A stretch of DNA of 64,000 bases from Candidatus Poribacteria bacterium (GCA_965198175.1 OZ240245.1:2720001-2784000), one strand, 5' to 3'. Counted from the stretch's first letter, positions 1 through 13,365 are shown. The notes: a model not told the origin generated them from the letters alone. A program made the numbers and translations.

Positions 1-340
1 AGGAGTTTTCGCTGATACAGGTCATCTCTCAGTCGTCGGTGAACCGATCGATATGGCGCTAGATATCGTTAAAGATTACCTTGCAGTAGTAGCGTTCAAG
101 GATATGATGCGTCAGCCAGGAATGCGCGAGGGTTGTCGAGTTGTTCGAATGGGGCACGGCTTCGTGGACTGGGAGACAACATTACATACTCTCCTGGAAA
201 CTCATTTTAGCGGTCCTATCAGTTTCCATAGTGAGTATAGTGGGAGATCGGCAGAAACAGTCATTGACATGGCGCGCAGTGATGTCGAATTTATCAATGC
301 GCTGCTTGAAAAGATAGGCAAATCGGAGTATGAAACATAA
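1..340 (+). CDS. Sugar phosphate isomerase/epimerase (AP_endonuc_2 TIM barrel), 3' part; runs in from the window edge
   Basis: Open frame with ADTGHL, AFKD, G.GFVDW and FSGPISFHSEY, typical of xylose-isomerase-like TIM barrels. Confidence 0.75.
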   Translation, partial: GVFADTGHLSVVGEPIDMALDIVKDYLAVVAFKDMMRQPGMREGCRVVRMGHGFVDWETTLHTLLETHFSGPISFHSEYSGRSAETVIDMARSDVEFINALLEKIGKSEYET

Positions 341-779
341 CGCGCAACTAGACCCGGTTTTGAAAAGAAGGATTCACTGAGAGAATTTACTTTTTGGAAA
401 TGTAGAGCGTTAAGATTCAAGAAAGAACTAATGATAAAGCGTAAGTGAATAACCGTACAAAAGTATGTTACTTATGTTTCTTACTTTGCAGAACCAACTC
501 TTATCCTAGGTCGGTAATCACCCGATCTAGTTGGTCGGCGGCAAGTCAGGTTTGTTAAAGCAGTCCTCCGCTTCTACTTATTCAGATTAGTCTTCGTTTT
601 GGATCGCCACCGTCAGTATAAGTCTAGTGTTGCAGCAGCAATCTGCAGCTATCTATCACTCAGTCAAACAATAATAAAAAGGGTTCCTTAGTTATGGGCT
701 TGCGGGAAGCCTGTCATAGACTGTATTTGAGCTAGTTTTTATGTCATAAAATATGGCATAATAAAGGCATTGAAAGGGG

Positions 780-1686
780 ATGATTACGCTGAATTTAATC
801 ACGGTAATAAAACGTTTTCCAGACCATGAAAGTTGTGTCAAACATTTGGAAACTGTCCGCTGGGGCGATACTCCCGAATGCCCTTATTGCGAAAGCCAGA
901 ACGTTGCTCCCGAACGCGAAGGTGGTCGCATTGGCCGATGGAACTGCCATTTGTGTAAATCATCCTTCAATGTCTTAGCCAAAACTATGTTTCAGGGCAC
1001 GAAGGTAGACTTGCAGAAATGGTTCCTTGCTATCTCATTGGTCGCCAACGCTAGAAAGAGCATCTCCAGTTGCCAACTGGCACGAGATTTAGACTTGAAT
1101 CAGAGTACAGCATGGTATATGATACACCGTATACGGGCTGAGATGCGACGAAAGAGCCCTAACCTACTCACACAAGGGTATCATCGAAGCCGATGAAACG
1201 TTTCTAGGCGGTAAACCGCGCCGTCGCAAGGACGATGACGGCAATCTCCCACCACCTAGTCCTCGTGGACGAGGCACAAGGAAAGCAAAGGTACTCGGAG
1301 CAGTGCAACGAGGCGGCGAGGTTGTTGCACAAGTGGTAAACGATCTCGGTGGTAAAGTCATCATGGGTTTCATCAAGAAACATGTCAGGTGCAAAGGCTC
1401 TACGCTTATGACGGACGAATACAAAGGCTACTTGCCTGTGCAGAAAGTCATGAGACATCAAGTCATCAAACATCAGGAGCGCAAATACGTAGACGAAGCC
1501 AATCCTGAAATCCACACGAACACGATTGAGGGGTTCTGGTCACTTCTGAAACGTGCGTGGTACGGCTCACACCACCACTACAAGAAACGATACGCCCCGC
1601 TCTACGTCGCTGAAGCCTGCTGGAAATACAATCATAGGAACAGACGGAACAGTTTCGATCTGTTTATCAGGGGGTGTTTTGCATGA
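780..1686 (+). pseudogene. IS1595-family transposase, frameshifted at about 1170
   Basis: N-terminal Zn ribbon (CPYC...CHLC). The frame then shifts at a (CA)n tract (1169-1174) into KGIIEADET...LMTDEY...HTNTIEGFWSLLKR, the IS1595 DDE core. Confidence 0.9.
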
Positions 1687-1791
1687 TAAGAGTATCAAGA
1701 GGTCCTCTCGCGTTTGAGGATATTGTTAATGGGAAAAGGGATATTCAAATACTTGATGATGAGGGACAACCAATCCAATCAGAGGATGAGA

Positions 1792-2085
1792 CTAAGACGA
1801 AGCAAAGCGTTGATGCTCAGATCCTGAAAAGACGTGTCCAATCCCATCATCATCAACAAATATCTCAACCCTAACAAGTCCATCTTTACCAAATACTGCT
1901 ATTACACCGCCATCACGGGCTGTAAAAATGGATACGCCACTACTATTAGGTGTTTCGTGCAATCTGAACACTGGGCGTCCGTCATCAAGAAATGATAGCG
2001 TGATTTTATTGCCATCATTGTTTGTAACAGTTAGTGTGTCGCATGTAATGTGCCTGAATGTTTCATCTTTGGGTTCTTGTTGCAT
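1792..2085 (-). CDS. Small beta-rich hypothetical protein (IS1595 passenger)
   Basis: AAGGAG RBS before ATG 2085; third gene of a coupled minus-strand cluster. Confidence 0.6.
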   Translation of the reverse strand: MQQEPKDETFRHITCDTLTVTNNDGNKITLSFLDDGRPVFRLHETPNSSGVSIFTARDGGVIAVFGKDGLVRVEIFVDDDGIGHVFSGSEHQRFASS

Positions 2086-2108
2086 TATAATCTCCTTGTG
2101 CAAGAAGG

Positions 2109-2357
2109 TTAATCGTCGGATTTGGGGGAATTGAATCCCTTTGCAACCCAACGGATTGTTTCGACGATGAGCCACCCGGTAAAACCTATGACACAGAATA
2201 TGCCAAACGGTGCGATTACGAGGGTGGCGAAGAAGGCTTCAATTGGGTTCTCGGAATTGACCGATGCGATACAGGCAGCAATAAACCCAGCAACAATGGA
2301 CACAACTATCAGCCCTCGGGATAGCCCTTCGCGCCAATTGGGGGGCTTGAACATCAT
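2109..2357 (-). CDS. Small two-TM membrane protein (passenger)
   Basis: GGAGG RBS, ATG overlapping the upstream stop (ATGA), two hydrophobic segments. Confidence 0.65.
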   Translation of the reverse strand: MMFKPPNWREGLSRGLIVVSIVAGFIAACIASVNSENPIEAFFATLVIAPFGIFCVIGFTGWLIVETIRWVAKGFNSPKSDD

Positions 2358-2578
2358 GGTGTGTCCTCCGTGGCTTTGGATTTGGCGATAAACCAACGAA
2401 TTGACAAGAGAACCCCTGCACACATCGCGGAACCTATAAGGTAGAACGCGAAAATGGGAATACCGACTATTAGACCAGCGCCCCAACTTAGTCCACCGCA
2501 CCAACGTAGCACAGAGCGCTTAGTGAATATCCATATGGTGAGCGACGGAAGAATAATCGCCATGGCGGGATGATCCAT
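2354..2578 (-). CDS. Small membrane protein (passenger)
   Basis: GGAGG RBS (complement at about 2587-2591), hydrophobic, C-terminus resembles the next ORF (...IRW). Confidence 0.6.
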   Translation of the reverse strand: MDHPAMAIILPSLTIWIFTKRSVLRWCGGLSWGAGLIVGIPIFAFYLIGSAMCAGVLLSIRWFIAKSKATEDTP

Positions 2579-2860
2579 GCTAGATTCCTCCTTCCGCGCC
2601 TATCAGATCAACAATGTTTGACATTTCATCTCCTATAATTGGTGGGACATTACACTCAGGTCGGCAAGGGGTGTTCCGGGCTCTGGGCGAAGCCTTTTTG
2701 CCCCTTACCCCACCTGAGCGCGTTGTCCCATAAGTAATCATCTGGGCTTAACTACTAAGCCCAGCATTGATGAGAAATGATCGCCTATAGGAGGGCAAAT
2801 GTCAAGAACAAACTTTAATGTGCTGATATTATACACTTGTATACTTCACATATGCAGCCC

Positions 2861-3664
2861 AAAACGGATAATTGCGAATAGAGCAAGACAATTGGTTAAT
2901 CGCGTCCAAACGAAACTTTTAGAAGAAGAACTTGAAGGTTTGTTCCGGACAAGATGGTCTCCCCTTACAACCTTGTTCTCCGGGGGCGAAGGACGGAGGC
3001 GTCTGTACGGAATCGTCAGAGACTTGGCAACAACTGACACAGCCAATGCGCATGCACAGCCCGCTCAATAATTGCTATCGATCTATCGGAACGTGGTAAT
3101 CGACAATTTTGGACAGAGAATCTCCAGAAGCGATCGATTAAAAAACTGCTCGATTCTTTGGTAACGTATGCGTCTAGAGAGCTTGGACTACATGAAAGTG
3201 CTAATGTACTCGTCATGTTAGATGAGGCAGCACGTTTGGCTCCATCTGGCAGACTAGACAGTGGTAGCGAAGCCGAACAGTTAAGAAGCACTTTGCGACG
3301 TGCGGTTCGTGAGACACGCAAATACGGTATTGGATGGTTCTTTATTAGTCAGACACATGGTGGAATAGACGACGATATACTTAAACAACTTCGAAGTCTC
3401 TTTTTTGGTTTTGGTTTAGCATTAGGTGACGAATTCAGAAAACTGGGAGAGTTTGCAGGAGGTGACCGGCGGTCCATGGAATGGTACCAGTCTTTCAGAG
3501 ATCCTCACAGCGAGCCGAGACCCGAACTTCGTAAATTCCCATTTATGGCTGTTGGTCCAGTATCACCGCTTACATTTAGCGGCCGACCAATTTTCTTCTC
3601 AGCTTTTACAGATCCAAACGAGTACCTAGAAGCAAATCAAATTGCAGTCCCTGATGGAACTTAA
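2861..3664 (+). pseudogene. HerA/DUF87-like ATPase, C-terminal remnant, 5'-truncated and frameshifted near 3060
   Basis: Walker B VMLDEAARLAP and RETRKYGIGWFFISQT motif; no Walker A upstream; frame change between the 2799 and 3158 ORFs. Confidence 0.7.
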
Positions 3665-4761
3665 TCGGGATAGTTTTCAGTATAGACCACCTGAATAAAC
3701 TGGTCAATTGATTGATTCAAAGGGAATAGAACGAATTAATAGACCGAGAGGCATTCAGTGATTCAGTGAATATTCCAAGCATCGTCACAACCGGTGATGA
3801 ATCGCAAGTTGAAAACTCTTGGCAGGGAGGGGGAACGTATAACCTGCGGATCTGCTTCAAAATGGACACCGCATTAGGATTCGGACGATTCAAGACAGGG
3901 AAGCTGATTTCACTGCCCGCTGTGCATACGCCTATGTCGGCTCCGCACTCACCGCGAAAGGCGCAACCACGCTGACGCGGCGGCTCAGTCGGGGCGCAAC
4001 GGGAAGCGGCGATCAACGACCACACCGTATCCGAGAGGAGATGCGCTGCCGATTTGCTCAATGCGGTTTGGAAAACGGGAATCTATTAACGAGGCAAAAC
4101 CTTCCACTGGAACGTAGATTTCCTCTTGGACTTGCCTTCGGCGGAGCTTGTGAGTCTCTTCGCAATCCGCTCACGTGAGCGATTGGAAGATGGAATCGCC
4201 AAACAGTTGCAGGAGGATCCACATGCGGGGGTTATCGAACGCGGCTTAGGTGCGAACGATGTGCCGGGCAATACCCACCTATTGCACGTCAGTGCAGCGG
4301 AAGCGCGGTGGGCATCACTCCCGGTTCAGCTTGCTAGCATGGCTGAAGGAAGCTCGTAACAAGAGCTGCAGACACCAAGCGGGGCAAGATGCCCTGCCTC
4401 ACGGCGGCAATAGCGACCTACGGTTGATTTCATACGCGCTATTTGCAAGAATTTTTTAAAAAGTCCAGCAGGCAGCTTGATGCCGGAGTTACCCATTGCC
4501 GTTGCGCCTTCGAGTTCAAACGGCAAGTATACATGGAGGCTACGCCACATTAGCTTTGGGTAAATTGCTTTGCGGGTTCGCAAATTGTGGAAATTCATGT
4601 CAAAAGAAAGTGCAGAGCAGCTCGGAGCAATCGAGTTTTTTTCTTGAAAACTCGATATCTTTGCACTATATTCTTAACATGAGCGATTGCAGCAACGTTA
4701 GCCGAAATTGTAGTTCTTGATTGTCTTATTAGACTACTCTAACCTTTCACCGTAACCCTAG

Positions 4762-7014
<2,253 letters not shown>

Positions 7015-7030
7015 TATCTACGAAGTATGG

Positions 7031-7066
7031 GCAGTGGGGGCGCGGAACCCCCACGCTCCCACTGCT
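7031..7066 (+). terminator. GC-rich hairpin after katG, between convergent genes
   Basis: GCAGTGGG...CCCACTGC inverted repeat. Confidence 0.5.
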
Positions 7067-7219
7067 CCCCATTTCGCTTTGAATGGTCGCCGTCGCACAC
7101 ATTTCTTGTTATCCCAAATTCACTTGACCAGTTTGACCGATTATAGCGCGAATGTGCCGCGACGACTTCTCGGTTAGTTGGCAGGACACATCATTGATTC
7201 AGCGATTGTGTTTACAGTT

Positions 7220-7981
7220 TTATACTTCCACAATCAAGCCGTCATAGGCGAGCTCAACATCTTCAGGAAGTATCGAATTTGTCTCATGATGTTCTACATC
7301 GTGGCTCATGTGGACGAAGTAGGTTCGTTTCGATTTAAGCTGTTCCACAATTTTTAATGACTCTGGAATGGTGAAATGAGTGGGATGAGGCGGTGACCAC
7401 CGTAGGGCGTCGAGCACTAAAAGGTCTAGACCTCGCATCAGTTCCATTGACTCGGGCGGAATATGGTTGCAATCTGTTGCATACGCGAAATCTCCAATCC
7501 GAAACCCTAGCACCTCCGTCCCACCATGCAGCAGATTAAGTGGAATGACCTCAACGCCAAACAACTGAAATTGTCCCAAAATCTCTACGAGTTCTAGTTG
7601 CGGTATACCGCCGCCGAGATGCTGATATTTAAATGCGTAATCGAAAACAGTGCTGATGCGTTCAAGAGTTTTGGTGCTCCCGTAACACGGGATTGCTGTG
7701 CCTTGCAATGCAGTATATGCGCGCACATCATCAAGCCCGTGCAGATGATCGGCGTGCGTATGTGAGAATAAGATAGCATCGACACGTTTTATGCCGCATT
7801 GGAGGGCTTGGATTCGAAGTTCAGGTGAAGTATCAACAAGGATGTTTTTATCGTCAAGCGTAATGACGATGGAAGGGCGAGTTCGCTGATTCTTGGATTC
7901 TTTCGAGGTGCATACGTGACAACGGCAAGCAATCACCGGCACACCGTGCGACGTGCCGGTCCCTAGAAACGTAATCTTCAT
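7220..7981 (-). CDS. Metallo-beta-lactamase-fold hydrolase (PhnP/YycJ-like)
   Basis: ITFLGTGTSHGVP, SHTHADHLHGLDD, YATDC, HMSH. Confidence 0.92.
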   Translation of the reverse strand: MKITFLGTGTSHGVPVIACRCHVCTSKESKNQRTRPSIVITLDDKNILVDTSPELRIQALQCGIKRVDAILFSHTHADHLHGLDDVRAYTALQGTAIPCYGSTKTLERISTVFDYAFKYQHLGGGIPQLELVEILGQFQLFGVEVIPLNLLHGGTEVLGFRIGDFAYATDCNHIPPESMELMRGLDLLVLDALRWSPPHPTHFTIPESLKIVEQLKSKRTYFVHMSHDVEHHETNSILPEDVELAYDGLIVEV

Positions 7982-8163
7982 CAACGCTCCTGCAACCTTT
8001 TCTTCCTTGGAAAAACCATCCCGCATTCTGGGCAGTCAGAGGTATATGAGCGAATCGTAAAGCCACATTTTGGGCAAATTCGTTTGGTCTGATAGCGAGA
8101 AACTAAAACAACACCTAGAAAAATGATGAGTAAAATCGTGACTTCCCAGAACCCAATGGACAT
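7981..8163 (-). CDS. Small TM-anchored zinc-ribbon protein
   Basis: N-terminal TM helix, CPKC...CPEC; stop overlaps the next start. Confidence 0.75.
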   Translation of the reverse strand: MSIGFWEVTILLIIFLGVVLVSRYQTKRICPKCGFTIRSYTSDCPECGMVFPRKKRLQER

Positions 8164-8174
8164 TTTCAACCCTC

Positions 8175-9017
8175 TCAACCTGCTTGTAACTTCCTCAACA
8201 CTGCAAGATTGGTTGCGTGCATCTCTTTCATCTTCGGCGTTTCGATAATCGCCGGCACGTTCTCAAATCGAGAGTCGGTCACGAGACGTTGAAAAGGAGG
8301 AATTCCGAGATTTCCCTCGCCGATGTGATCATGGCGATCCACACGACTGTTATACGCCGATTTGGCGTCGTTGAGGTGGAATGCAATCAATCGATCCAAG
8401 CCGATAATCTGGTCAAAGTGCTCAAAAGTTTGGTTATAGTCCGCTTCCGTGCACAAGTTGTAGCCTGCTGCAAAAACGTGACACGTATCGAAGCAGACTC
8501 CTATCCTATCGGGATATTTCGACATGTCGATAATCTGTCGTAAATGCTCAAAACAGTAACCTAGATTCGTTCCTTGTCCCGCTGTCGTTTCCAACAAGAT
8601 TACCACATCCCCGTCTGCCACTTGTTCAAGCACTAGATTGAGACTATGGCTTAACACCGCCAATCCTTCAGCTTCACCCGATCCGAGATGCGCTCCAAGA
8701 TGCGTTACGATGTAGCGAATATTCAAGCGAACTGCGAGTTGCATTTGAAAAAGGAACTGCTCGCGCGAGTTTTCAAGCACGTCATTCTTGGGAGAAGCGA
8801 GATTGGTGAGATGAATGTCGTGAATTAGCAACTCTCGGATGGAAGATTCACACCGGCGTTCGATGAACAGGTCTATTTCAGCTTCGGTTGGTGTTTTGCC
8901 AGCCCATTGGTTCGGATTCTTAAGAAAGATCTGGATAGCATCGCACCCCAAGTCCTCTCCATTAGAAATCGCATTGTGTAAACCACCGGCGGTGGAAACG
9001 TGTGCACCAAGCATCAT
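8175..9017 (-). CDS. nfo: Endonuclease IV
   Basis: LGAHVS, LLETTAGQG, CFDTCHVFAAGY, HLNDAK...DRH..IGEG. Confidence 0.95.
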   Translation of the reverse strand: MMLGAHVSTAGGLHNAISNGEDLGCDAIQIFLKNPNQWAGKTPTEAEIDLFIERRCESSIRELLIHDIHLTNLASPKNDVLENSREQFLFQMQLAVRLNIRYIVTHLGAHLGSGEAEGLAVLSHSLNLVLEQVADGDVVILLETTAGQGTNLGYCFEHLRQIIDMSKYPDRIGVCFDTCHVFAAGYNLCTEADYNQTFEHFDQIIGLDRLIAFHLNDAKSAYNSRVDRHDHIGEGNLGIPPFQRLVTDSRFENVPAIIETPKMKEMHATNLAVLRKLQAG

Positions 9018-9378
9018 GATGTTAAACTTAGCCTCCCAAGCATTCAAAATTGGTATCTTCAATTAAGGTATATTTGGCAAGTGGACGAAGGTGTTGAAAT
9101 TATTATCATTATCATGCCACGTGAAGATTTATTTTTCAAATGAATTACTTGATGATGATGTAAAGGTATTCGACCTTTAGTCTGCAAAGCACCGGAAATC
9201 CTGGATTCACGATAACATCTAATCAAAGATTGGCAGCAATACCGGAGACTCTCATGGCAAACTAAAGTGCCATTGCGCCAGTTTACTTGTTTTTTGCACC
9301 CCAGTCAACAAAAATCCTTTGGTTCTTGTGTTTTTTTTCAAAAACCTTCATAAACCCGTGTCATTACTGTATTTTTAC

Positions 9379-9407
9379 TTGACAGATTCATACATGCACA
9401 GTATAAT
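9379..9407 (+). promoter_or_regulatory. Consensus sigma70 promoter of the HU gene
   Basis: TTGACA-17 bp-TATAAT, perfect match. Confidence 0.85.
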
Positions 9408-9473
9408 TGGGCGAAATCCAGTCATACAGCGAACTCGAAACGTTTTAACTCAAATTACTTAGGAGAATGTAAC

Positions 9474-9755
9474 ATGGCTAGACTAACAAAGCAAGACGTA
9501 GTGAACAGCGTTGCTGATGCTACAGGATTGAGCAAAAAAGATGTGAATACAGCGATTGATGCGGTCGTTGGAAGTATCCAAGACGCGCTATCTAGCGGAG
9601 ATTCCGTCGGGCTGATTGGCTTTGGCACTTTTGAAGTCGCTACTAGAGCAGCCCGCGAAGGTCGCAATCCTCAAACAAACGACAAAATTAGCATTCCATC
9701 AAAGAAGGTTCCACGTTTTAAGCCTGGAAAAGGGCTTCGGGAAGCTTGTTCGTAG
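9474..9755 (+). CDS. hup: HU family DNA-binding protein
   Basis: GFGTFEV...REGRNPQT...IPSKKVPRFKPGK; AGGAG RBS. Confidence 0.97.
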   Translation: MARLTKQDVVNSVADATGLSKKDVNTAIDAVVGSIQDALSSGDSVGLIGFGTFEVATRAAREGRNPQTNDKISIPSKKVPRFKPGKGLREACS

Positions 9756-10364
9756 GTTGACTCAAGCTGCTGCCTATCGACATATCGGGGTATTTTGAAC
9801 GTTTATTGCTGCTCTGCAAATGTTACAAATTGGTATCTTATGCAAAATAGTTCTACTCCAAGGTGTTGGTTCGCACACTCTGTTAGGTGACAACTTGGGT
9901 TAGTCATTAAAGTTGGCAGCAGTCACAATAGACCTTCGAATTTTGTTCAGAAGCCTACTGAAATTGCATTGTGGGGTCATGGTGATTGTTGCCTACATTA
10001 TCATTTCCTCATTTAACACTTCCATCCAATTTTTCACGTCAAGTAAACCTTTCGAAATTTTTTATCCTCGCATTATCAAGGCTCGCCAGAAATTTATTTT
10101 AACAGAGGAGACTTGCAATCCTAATCAGGTTAGGCGGTCCTTCATTTTGATTTGGTAGTGGTTGAACCGAATAGCACTGTTCATAAAGGAATCGGTGAGT
10201 GAAGTAAAATCCTATCTACAGACGCTGAATCTTGCATTGAGAATCCTAATACGTTGTTACAAAACGAACGGTGCGTTAAATCTATAGCTATAGTCCCGCT
10301 CTAAAAAAAGAAATAGATTGACGAGACGAGAAATGGGTGCCGATCTCACCAATTAAGGCACTTA

Positions 10365-11402
10365 ATGGAGCACAGATATTTGAATACCTCTAACTCTCTG
10401 AAAGTGTCAGATGAGGATTTAAAAGCAGCAGAATTCTTGAGAAAGGCGCGAGAGTCCATTCTGAATGAATTCAAGAAACGGATTGTCGGTCAGGAAGGGG
10501 TGATTGATGAGTTATTAATGGCGCTTTTTTCGCAGGGGCACTGTTTACTAGTTGGGGTACCTGGGCTCGCAAAGACACTTCTTATTAGCAGCCTCGCCGA
10601 AATTTTAGATCTCCAATTTAATCGCATTCAATTCACACCGGATCTCATGCCTTCCGACATCATTGGAACAGACATCATCCAGGAAGATACTGAAAGAGGG
10701 AGTCGGTTTTTCCGATTTATTAAAGGTCCGGTTTTTTCGAACATCCTGCTTGCAGACGAGATTAACCGTACTCCGCCTAAAACGCAAGCCGCACTGTTGC
10801 AGTCGATGCAGGAATATAAAGTTTCAGCAGGTGGGGTGACTTATCCGCTGGACTTGCCCTTTTTCGTACTTGCAACCCAGAACCCGATTGAACAAGAGGG
10901 AACCTATCCGCTGCCGGAGGCACAGTTGGATCGGTTTATGTTCAATATCTACGTTGACTACCCTGATGCTGCCTCTGAAAAACAGATTGTTATGACAACA
11001 ACTTCCGCCTATGACCCGACGTTGGCGCCGGTCATCACCGGCGAAGACATTCTTCGGCTGCAAAAGATTGTGCGAAAGGTGCCAATCGCAGAATCTGTTG
11101 TTGATTACGCCGTTGCATTGAGTCGTGGTTCACGTCCCAATAATCCCGAGGCGCCCGATTTCATAAAGGATTGGGTGAATTGGGGTTCAGGACCGAGAGC
11201 ATCCCAATATCTCGTATTAGGCGCGAAAGCGCGGGCAATCATGCACGGTCGTTATCATGTCTCTCATGACGATATAAAAGCCGTTGCCAAACCGGTGTTG
11301 CGACACCGAATCCTAACAAATTTCAATGCCGAAGCTGACGGAACCACAAGTCTTGATATCATCGATCGATTGCTAGAAATTATTAAGCCGGCAGCGTTCT
11401 AG
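10365..11402 (+). CDS. MoxR family AAA+ ATPase
   Basis: GVPGLAKT, RIQFTPDLMPSD, LADEINRTPPKTQAALL, NPIEQEGTYPLPEAQLDRF. Confidence 0.95.
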   Translation: MEHRYLNTSNSLKVSDEDLKAAEFLRKARESILNEFKKRIVGQEGVIDELLMALFSQGHCLLVGVPGLAKTLLISSLAEILDLQFNRIQFTPDLMPSDIIGTDIIQEDTERGSRFFRFIKGPVFSNILLADEINRTPPKTQAALLQSMQEYKVSAGGVTYPLDLPFFVLATQNPIEQEGTYPLPEAQLDRFMFNIYVDYPDAASEKQIVMTTTSAYDPTLAPVITGEDILRLQKIVRKVPIAESVVDYAVALSRGSRPNNPEAPDFIKDWVNWGSGPRASQYLVLGAKARAIMHGRYHVSHDDIKAVAKPVLRHRILTNFNAEADGTTSLDIIDRLLEIIKPAAF

Positions 11403-11663
11403 GCTTTTTAGTACACAACAACAAAATTGGTGGGTGAGAATGTCGGTTTAACATTGAGGTTTTTCCTCTTAAAAGCCTCCACATTCATGCGTCAGGCTCG
11501 TCCATCACAAAGAGAAGTAGCCGAGGAGACTGGGAAAATTAACCCCTTAACGCACCCCGTGGTGCGGTGTCCTATAGAACGTGATTAGCTAGTCGAATGA
11601 TAAACGACTGTGAATCATCAGGCAATCGACTCCCAGCGATTTACTAACACAAGCCATAATCAT

Positions 11664-13067
11664 ATGAAACAGCAATCACAAACCGCAATGCCAAACATCC
11701 TCAAGGAAATTCAGGGCGGCAAGGTTTGCCCAGTCTATCTGCTGTGCGGAGAGGAAAGTTTCCTAATTGAGAACACCCTCAAGCAAATGCTCGACTGCCT
11801 CTTAGAACCAACAACTCGTGATTTCAATCTAAATCTCCTTGATGGGCTTGAGGCATCCGCTCGGGATATTTTGAGTGCGGTGGAGGTCTACCCCGTAATG
11901 TCGGATTGGCGCGTCGTCGTCGTGCGCGAAGCAACCGTTTTCAAAACACAGAAGGGGCCGTCCCAACTGGATTTGCTACGAAACGCCATTGAAGCCTTCC
12001 ACCTGCATCCACATAAGGGAATTGCATTGATAACCAAGGCTCTGGACGTTTCAGCACAGGAAATCGCCAATCGAAGCAGCGATTTCGACAGCGCGATGAA
12101 TCATTTCACCGAACGAAACAGGGATAGCTTGAGCCCAGAAGACCTCGAATTTCTCCAGAGTTTACCGCAAGTTGCTACGCAGATTGATGAGTTGGAATAC
12201 ATACCAGAACCCACTAATGATGCTGAGTTGCTAATCGAATGGCTCGAAGGCGAATTGCCAAAATTTAGCGTTTTGATTTTTATCTTCAACGGTAGCGTTG
12301 ATGCGCGGAGCCGGCTAGTCAAGGCAATTAATCGCGTCGGTAGATATGTTTCATTTGCACCATTGGAATTGGGACAATCACTACGGAACGATAAACTGTT
12401 TCAAGACGTTTCGAGAAGGATCGAAGGATTTGGGAAGAAGATAACTCCCGGCGCTTTTAGCCTCCTGCGAAAGCGGACAGGTAACAATATGCGTTTAATT
12501 TTCGAGGAACTTGATAAGCTCCTCGCCTTTGTTGGAGAGAAAACACATATCGACGAAAGGGATATCCAAACCCTTGTGGCTCACAGCAGCTTTGATGGTA
12601 TCTTCGCCCTCACAGATGCGATTGGAAAAAGATCGACTAGCCAAGCATTATCCAGCCTCCACAGTGTATTGGACAGCGGTGAACCGCCGATTAAGGTGAA
12701 CGCATTGATTGCGCGCCAAATACGGCTCATGCTCCAGGCAAAATTACTCGTTGAGAAGGGGGAGCTGAAGCCAACTGTGGTACGGCTGAGTTATCAAGCT
12801 TTTGTGGATACCGTTTTCAAGCTACTCGCTGACAAATTGTCTAATCTACTTCCTCAGTCCGCACAAATCAACCTCTTCAAACAAAACCCATATGCAGCTT
12901 ATAAAGTGATTCAATCCATTCCCTATTTTGGTGCTGAGGAGCTAGCTCAAGCGTTGGAAAAGACGCTCGATGCGGATACCCAACTCAAAAGCAGCTATTT
13001 AGATCCAGAATCGATATTGGATCAACTAGTATATGAACTTTGCGCCAAATCATCAATCAGAAGATAG
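11664..13067 (+). CDS. holA: DNA polymerase III delta subunit, long form with insertions
   Basis: PVYLLCGEESFLI, RDFN, ELDKL, IFALTDAI, ARQIRLMLQAK, D..LKSS. Confidence 0.85.
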   Translation: MKQQSQTAMPNILKEIQGGKVCPVYLLCGEESFLIENTLKQMLDCLLEPTTRDFNLNLLDGLEASARDILSAVEVYPVMSDWRVVVVREATVFKTQKGPSQLDLLRNAIEAFHLHPHKGIALITKALDVSAQEIANRSSDFDSAMNHFTERNRDSLSPEDLEFLQSLPQVATQIDELEYIPEPTNDAELLIEWLEGELPKFSVLIFIFNGSVDARSRLVKAINRVGRYVSFAPLELGQSLRNDKLFQDVSRRIEGFGKKITPGAFSLLRKRTGNNMRLIFEELDKLLAFVGEKTHIDERDIQTLVAHSSFDGIFALTDAIGKRSTSQALSSLHSVLDSGEPPIKVNALIARQIRLMLQAKLLVEKGELKPTVVRLSYQAFVDTVFKLLADKLSNLLPQSAQINLFKQNPYAAYKVIQSIPYFGAEELAQALEKTLDADTQLKSSYLDPESILDQLVYELCAKSSIRR

Positions 13068-13365
13068 CGTAATAATCGGAAATTGCGGCATCTAAAAACG
13101 GTGTCCCATGCTTAGCCTCAATTGCTTCTGCAATGACGTTGTTCCAAATGGATATGTTTGTGGCAGGTTAAGCAGTTTATTCGACAACTACAGCTCAATA
13201 TCTTGACTGATATAATCGTTGTTGACATCGATTCTGACAAGCTGCACCCTACTTTAGTCGAGAAAATAAGCGATGGCAATTCACTACCACTTTACCGTTT
13301 CTTGCAAGAGAGTTACAGAAACGAAATGGATCTTCAAGATACAATCTACCAGAGGGGAAATCCCC

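Noticed and set aside
697..2860. Terminal inverted repeats of IS1595 copy 1 (GGGCT... / ...AGCCC)
   Set aside because: Only about 5 bp match and no target duplication, so the ends are not assigned.
9760..10360. ncRNA or 81-aa ORF between hup and the MoxR gene
   Set aside because: No convincing structure, RBS or protein-like sequence.
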